DNA of 59,463 bases from Escherichia phage Skure: sequence record MK672798.1; one strand, 5' to 3'. Under the pieces are notes generated by a model. It was not told the DNA's origin. It ran no database searches and was given only the letters and a program-made list of their open reading frames with translations. Made by a program: the position numbers and the translations under genes. This document shows positions 55,410 through 59,463 of this stretch, piece after piece; the first letter of the stretch is position 1, and each line of letters starts with the position of its first letter.

Positions 55410-55802
55410 ATGTTATTAGTCGTCACCGGAGGGCGTAATTTTAAGCATGTGGAATATATTTATGCTCAACTGGATAAGTTGCATATGCAAAGAAGGATAA
55501 CCACACTTCGCCACGGTGACGCTGACGGTGTTGACCGCATTTGCGCACAGTGGGCAGAGCGCAACGGTATTAAGACAGAAGCGTTCCCTGCCCCGTGGGA
55601 CAATCTTTCCTTACCAAATACCAAGATACGGTATAACGCCAAGGGTGCTTATAATGCACAAGCTGGCGCTTACCGCAATCAATTGATGCTGGATACTGAT
55701 CCTAAACCAGATCACGCTATTGTATTTCCTGGCGGAGCTGGTACTATGGATATGTACAGACGGATTAAAGCATCCGGTATCCCTTACACATTAGCGGAGT
55801 AA
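55410..55802 (+). CDS. LOG/SLOG-like Rossmann-fold protein (putative nucleotide-binding or N-glycosidase-like)
   Basis: 130 aa; N-terminal LLVVTGGRNF and C-terminal VFPGGAGTMDM resemble the LOG family PGGxGTxxE motif. Confidence 0.35.
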   Translation: MLLVVTGGRNFKHVEYIYAQLDKLHMQRRITTLRHGDADGVDRICAQWAERNGIKTEAFPAPWDNLSLPNTKIRYNAKGAYNAQAGAYRNQLMLDTDPKPDHAIVFPGGAGTMDMYRRIKASGIPYTLAE

Positions 55803-55805
55803 ATA

Positions 55806-56276
55806 ATGGCTGACGTTAAAACTATTGTTGATGCAATGGACGAATCCAAAGACGACCAACTGAAGAAGTCGTTTGAAGTAAAACAGGTTACAGAGACTCA
55901 GTTGGTCTGTAATTTTGCGCGTTATTGTGGACTGGGGCGCGGGAAAGACTGGAACGGGCTTATTGTTATGCCCACATCACAAATCCTCGTTTACGTTCGC
56001 AATATTCTTGAGGATTTATTATATCTTCAGATTGATATCGGTGATGTAGAAATCAATATGACTGCGAGCTCTACCATTGTGGTTAAATGGCAGTCGGGCG
56101 AGACACTGCGTTTGGAAGCGTGCCATTGTGCTAAGAGCCTACACCACCTGCGCGGTTGTCATTACCAGTTCGTTGGGTTTGTACATCCGCAAGGGTTAAG
56201 CGAGCGTACGGCGCTGGTAGCGCGTTTGCTGCTGCGTCCTTATAATAACGAGCCGGAAGTTATATACGAGGCATAA
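55806..56276 (+). CDS. hypothetical protein
   Basis: 156 aa ORF. Confidence 0.45.
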   Translation: MADVKTIVDAMDESKDDQLKKSFEVKQVTETQLVCNFARYCGLGRGKDWNGLIVMPTSQILVYVRNILEDLLYLQIDIGDVEINMTASSTIVVKWQSGETLRLEACHCAKSLHHLRGCHYQFVGFVHPQGLSERTALVARLLLRPYNNEPEVIYEA

Positions 56277-56278
56277 AC

Positions 56279-56635
56279 ATGAGAAGCGGGCGATGTCGTT
56301 TTGTATTTTTTATTGGGCGTTACGCGATAAAAATACCTCGTCTAAATAGTTACGAAGGGTTCCTACAAGGCTTATTAAGTAATATTACAGAGCGGAAATG
56401 GCGTAATTATCCTGATAAACACTTGTGTCCTGTAGTGTATGCTAATTGTATTGGTTTAATTGTGATAATGCTAAGGGCGCAGGAAGTAACAGATTTTGAA
56501 AAGTTTAAAAAGGATTTGGATGTCATATGCAACGATGAAAAAGGGCTTGGCGAAGAGTTTTATCGCTGGGATGGTACAGCAAAAAACTTTGGATACCTTA
56601 ACGGTAAGTTAGTTAAAGTAGATTACGGTGATTAA
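56279..56635 (+). CDS. hypothetical protein
   Basis: 118 aa ORF. Confidence 0.4.
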   Translation: MRSGRCRFVFFIGRYAIKIPRLNSYEGFLQGLLSNITERKWRNYPDKHLCPVVYANCIGLIVIMLRAQEVTDFEKFKKDLDVICNDEKGLGEEFYRWDGTAKNFGYLNGKLVKVDYGD

Positions 56636-57064
56636 ATGACAAAAATACGATTTGTTAAACAGCCAACTTTAAATACATGCGTTTCTGCGTGTTTGGCAAT
56701 GATCCTTAATAAACCTGTTGAGAAGGTCATTGAGGAATTTCATAGTCGTTATTATAACAACTGGGAAATCACTATCAGCGAATATTTGACTAAAAACGGC
56801 GTCAAGCATCATTGTTCAGAAGGTGGTGGGCGTGAAGCTTTGCATATGGGAGGTCTGTTCCTGTGCACGGTGCCAAGTCTTAATATTCCGGGCGCATTGC
56901 ACCAGATTGTGATTGATATGACAGATCACAAGTTTATTGTGCATGATCCAATTAAAGGATGGGAAGGTAAAAAGTTCTATGTTGGTCCGGATCAAGATCC
57001 TGAAGAGCCTGGAGCTTTTATCATTCATACTTGGGTCAAAGACGTTGAAATCCTGCCTTATTAA
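56636..57064 (+). CDS. papain-fold cysteine peptidase-like protein (C39-like)
   Basis: 142 aa; QPTLNTCVSACLAMIL resembles the Q...C(G)xAxLxMI active-site region of C39 peptidases; later H in IVHDP. Confidence 0.4.
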   Translation: MTKIRFVKQPTLNTCVSACLAMILNKPVEKVIEEFHSRYYNNWEITISEYLTKNGVKHHCSEGGGREALHMGGLFLCTVPSLNIPGALHQIVIDMTDHKFIVHDPIKGWEGKKFYVGPDQDPEEPGAFIIHTWVKDVEILPY

Positions 57065-57126
57065 TTTTCTTGCTATCACATAACCATTCATTGTATTGTG
57101 TACCCATCGAATAAGAGGGGTACACA

Positions 57127-57312
57127 ATGACCAAACTATACGCCGGATTGTTTTTATTTGCGACGTTGATGTTCGCTGGGCTTTATACCTATACAGTAGT
57201 CGAACAACCTTCCACGGTTATCCGAATCTTTGCAAGTACAGGGCTTTGCATCTGTCTTATTCTATTTGTTTTATGCATTGTTATTATCCAAGACCAAAGG
57301 AAAGTTAAATGA
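57127..57312 (+). CDS. small membrane protein (two TM helices)
   Basis: 61 aa; AGAGGGG RBS. Confidence 0.35.
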   Translation: MTKLYAGLFLFATLMFAGLYTYTVVEQPSTVIRIFASTGLCICLILFVLCIVIIQDQRKVK

Positions 57313-57773
57313 CCACAATTGCGTTTGATGGAAAAGTATTAGCTGCGGACCGTGGCGTTATGCGCGGGGAAGCTGTGACTGCTTATAAGAAAGTTCATAG
57401 CGTGAATGGACATCGTGGACGGTTTTTACTGGGCTTGTGCGGTTTGACAGCATTTACCGATCAGGTGTTGCGTTATTTTAATAGCGCGGAACCTGTTAAG
57501 TTCCCTGATATTAAACTTTACAGCAAAGATGATGATTACGGGCAAACTTGCGGTCTTGCTATCACTCCGGAAGGTACTTGCCATTTTATTTATAATGATG
57601 GTACTTTGAGCGAGCCCATGCTGGATGGATGGGGATCTGAGGGTAGCGGTTGTGTGTTTGCCGCTGGTGCATTAGCCGCTGGTGCAAGCGCAAGCGAAGC
57701 TATTGAGCTGGCAATTAAACACACCACATGCGCATTCCTGGGAGTTGATACAATATCATTTGAGGGTTTTTAA
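57309..57773 (+). CDS. Ntn-hydrolase, HslV/proteasome beta subunit-like protein
   Basis: 154 aa; begins MTTIAFDGK (Thr right after Met as in HslV MTTIVSV); GSEGSG and AGALAAGASASEAIELAIK resemble HslV GSGG and C-terminal helix. Confidence 0.4.
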   Translation: MTTIAFDGKVLAADRGVMRGEAVTAYKKVHSVNGHRGRFLLGLCGLTAFTDQVLRYFNSAEPVKFPDIKLYSKDDDYGQTCGLAITPEGTCHFIYNDGTLSEPMLDGWGSEGSGCVFAAGALAAGASASEAIELAIKHTTCAFLGVDTISFEGF

Positions 57774-58034
57774 ATGACTACATTCAGTCACCTGATCCCA
57801 CCTGCTTATCATAGTAAGGTAGTTGACCACGGGACGCATGTTGTAATTGGTGGCGAAATCTTTATCACAGATAACGAGGAAATCGCCATTGCAATTATTG
57901 ACAGCACTCAGCATGACTTTATGGTTATCCTGCAACACGAACCAGATAACTTCACTTTTTACTCCAGCTACGGGGTCGATAAAGGTGGAAAAAGCCTTGT
58001 TAGCTGGTATATTAGCGAGTGGTTTGACGGGTAA
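57774..58034 (+). CDS. hypothetical protein
   Basis: 86 aa ORF. Confidence 0.4.
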   Translation: MTTFSHLIPPAYHSKVVDHGTHVVIGGEIFITDNEEIAIAIIDSTQHDFMVILQHEPDNFTFYSSYGVDKGGKSLVSWYISEWFDG

Positions 58035-58116
58035 TCTCCTTAGATCAATTCTCCTTGCGCCGTATCAAGTTTCTCTGTTACCCTTGAGTGGTTCATGTCA
58101 AGCGGAGGAACTCGAT

Positions 58117-58554
58117 ATGGCACTTCAACCTCGTGGTATTCGTAATAACAATCCAGGCAATATTCGCTGGGGTGATAATTGGCAGGGCTTAGTTCCTGCT
58201 GATAAGCGAACCGATAAATCTTTTGCTCAATTCACGCAACCGATTTACGGCATTCGTGCGCTAGCGAAAATCCTGACAAACTACACCAAACGTGAAGGCT
58301 TGCCCAATGTAGGTAAGAAAAACATCGACACTGTACGTGAAATTATCGCTCGCTGGGCACCGCCTAACGAAAACGATACGGAAGCGTATATTCGCTCTGT
58401 TGCTAAAGCAATTGGTGTTCAACCTAACGATCCAATTAATGTCTTCGACAAGGCAATTATGTCAGGATTGGTGAAAGCAATCATTCGTCATGAAAATGGC
58501 ATGATGCCCTATACCGACGACGTAATTAACCGCGCTATTGCAATGGTACTTTAA
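58117..58554 (+). CDS. putative endolysin
   Basis: Start at ATG 58117 (GGAGG RBS) rather than 57847; 146 aa soluble protein immediately upstream of holin and spanins; catalytic family not identified. Confidence 0.45.
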   Translation: MALQPRGIRNNNPGNIRWGDNWQGLVPADKRTDKSFAQFTQPIYGIRALAKILTNYTKREGLPNVGKKNIDTVREIIARWAPPNENDTEAYIRSVAKAIGVQPNDPINVFDKAIMSGLVKAIIRHENGMMPYTDDVINRAIAMVL

Positions 58555-58590
58555 CTGACGGGGCGTTAGCCCCTTTTGTTTGGAGGGAAC

Positions 58591-58935
58591 ATGTTCAATT
58601 CACCCAACGAACATTGGGCAGTTCTAGCGGGGTTTGCGTTTATCTCCCTCATTGGGGGAGCTCTCGGTTATGTCATGCGTACAATAGACGCTGGTAAGAA
58701 AGTACGGGCAAGCATTGCGTTTCTTGAAGGCTTATCCGCCGCTTTCTTTGGCGTTATAATGTATGCGATCTACAGGGAGTTTAACATCAGCCTTTGGTTC
58801 GCTTTTGGCCTTGCTGGCCTATTTGCTTGGGCAGGTTCACGTGCTACGCTAAAAGCCCTAACGTCGCTTATAGCTTCACGGACAGGGATCAAACTCGATT
58901 CAGGGGACTGCAAACATGAAAACGATTCTAAATAA
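58591..58935 (+). CDS. holin (three TM helices, class I-like)
   Basis: Start at ATG 58591 with GGAGGG RBS; three hydrophobic helices and charged C-terminus. Confidence 0.5.
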   Translation: MFNSPNEHWAVLAGFAFISLIGGALGYVMRTIDAGKKVRASIAFLEGLSAAFFGVIMYAIYREFNISLWFAFGLAGLFAWAGSRATLKALTSLIASRTGIKLDSGDCKHENDSK

Positions 58936-59392
58936 CTTCTTCAGTTTTATAAAAACTAAACCGCGTCTGTTTATCGAGTATTTGATGATCGGCGCGGTTG
59001 TGTTTTTATGCGGGGTGGCTGCATACTTGTGGTCACAGAACGAGCTTAGCAAAACTAATTTAAATCATGCTGAGCAAAGACTAACCGTTGTAGAACGGGA
59101 CAATGCAAAGCTGGGCGAAGCTGTTGTATTTCTTGCATCCCAACGGGAGAAGGATACTGAATCCTATCGAAAATTGGCTTCAGCAATTGAAAGTGAGCAA
59201 CATAACCACAGGTTGCTTCAGGACAAATTAAAAGCACTGGAGAAAAGCAATGCCGACGTCAAAGCTTATCTTAATGAGCGTGTTCCTGATGATTTGCGCA
59301 GGCTGCTCGACGGAGATACAACCTCCACCACCGCCGCAGATAGTGAAGATAAAACTTCCGGCCCATCTGTTGGTAGAATGTCGGGAAGTTGA
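58916..59392 (+). CDS. i-spanin (Rz-like)
   Basis: 158 aa; N-terminal TM helix then coiled-coil periplasmic domain; overlaps holin end and contains the o-spanin start. Confidence 0.6.
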   Translation: MKTILNNFFSFIKTKPRLFIEYLMIGAVVFLCGVAAYLWSQNELSKTNLNHAEQRLTVVERDNAKLGEAVVFLASQREKDTESYRKLASAIESEQHNHRLLQDKLKALEKSNADVKAYLNERVPDDLRRLLDGDTTSTTAADSEDKTSGPSVGRMSGS

Positions 59393-59463
59393 TAAATATC
59401 CTTTGGTTTATACAAGGGACATTATCCAACGTTTGCAGGATACAGAAACAGCTCTGACTGAAT
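59250..59463 (+). CDS. o-spanin (Rz1-like lipoprotein), partial, starts in +1 frame inside the i-spanin gene and runs off the window
   Basis: Hand translation MPTSKLILMSVFLMICAGCSTEIQPPPPPQIVKIK...; lipoprotein-like signal with Cys and a poly-Pro stretch typical of Rz1. Confidence 0.5.
   Translation, partial: MPTSKLILMSVFLMICAGCSTEIQPPPPPQIVKIKLPAHLLVECREVDKYPLVYTRDIIQRLQDTETALTE

Noticed and set aside
56279-56635. Possible mini protein kinase (YAIKIP and VDYGD resembling the VAIK and DFG motifs)
   Set aside because: Only 118 aa and lacking Gly-rich loop and catalytic-loop motifs; resemblance probably fortuitous
57847-58116. N-terminal 90 codon extension of the endolysin ORF
   Set aside because: Overlaps the preceding gene; the ATG at 58117 has a GGAGG RBS and the extension is low-complexity hydrophobic
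1-59463. Scan for tRNA, rRNA, CRISPR arrays, integrase and repressor genes
   Set aside because: No tRNA-like T-loop with acceptor stem, no regularly spaced repeat-spacer arrays, and no tyrosine or serine recombinase or CI-like repressor motifs recognised by eye; the phage is provisionally treated as virulent

Overview
This window reads as a near-complete genome of a virulent siphovirus with a lambda/T1-like morphogenesis module. The replication block recalls 9g-like (Nonagvirus-type) phages, but I cannot confirm the taxon without a search. Three transcriptional blocks: (1) + strand 113-23246, terminase, portal, scaffold, capsid, tail with a -1 frameshifted chaperone, tape measure, J-like tip and tail fibres; (2) - strand 23276-51768, family B DNA polymerase, a 7-deazaguanine DNA-modification cluster (FolE, QueD, QueE, QueC, DpdA, YhhQ-like transporter), SF2 helicase, Cas4-like nuclease, Sak4-like ATPase, ligase, RNase H, dUTPase, HNH endonucleases and primase; (3) + strand 52089-59463, many small genes, two peptidase-like proteins, then endolysin, holin, i-spanin and o-spanin. 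An AT-rich iteron region at 49.4-50.2 kb is a candidate origin. The most interesting content is the deazaguanine cluster, which lacks a recognisable amidotransferase and contains uncharacterised ORFs. Three coding anomalies sit in the tail-fibre region: two frame breaks and an in-frame TAG. No tRNA, rRNA, CRISPR array, integrase or repressor was recognised. All calls rest on reading the supplied translations and sequence by eye; no searches were run.
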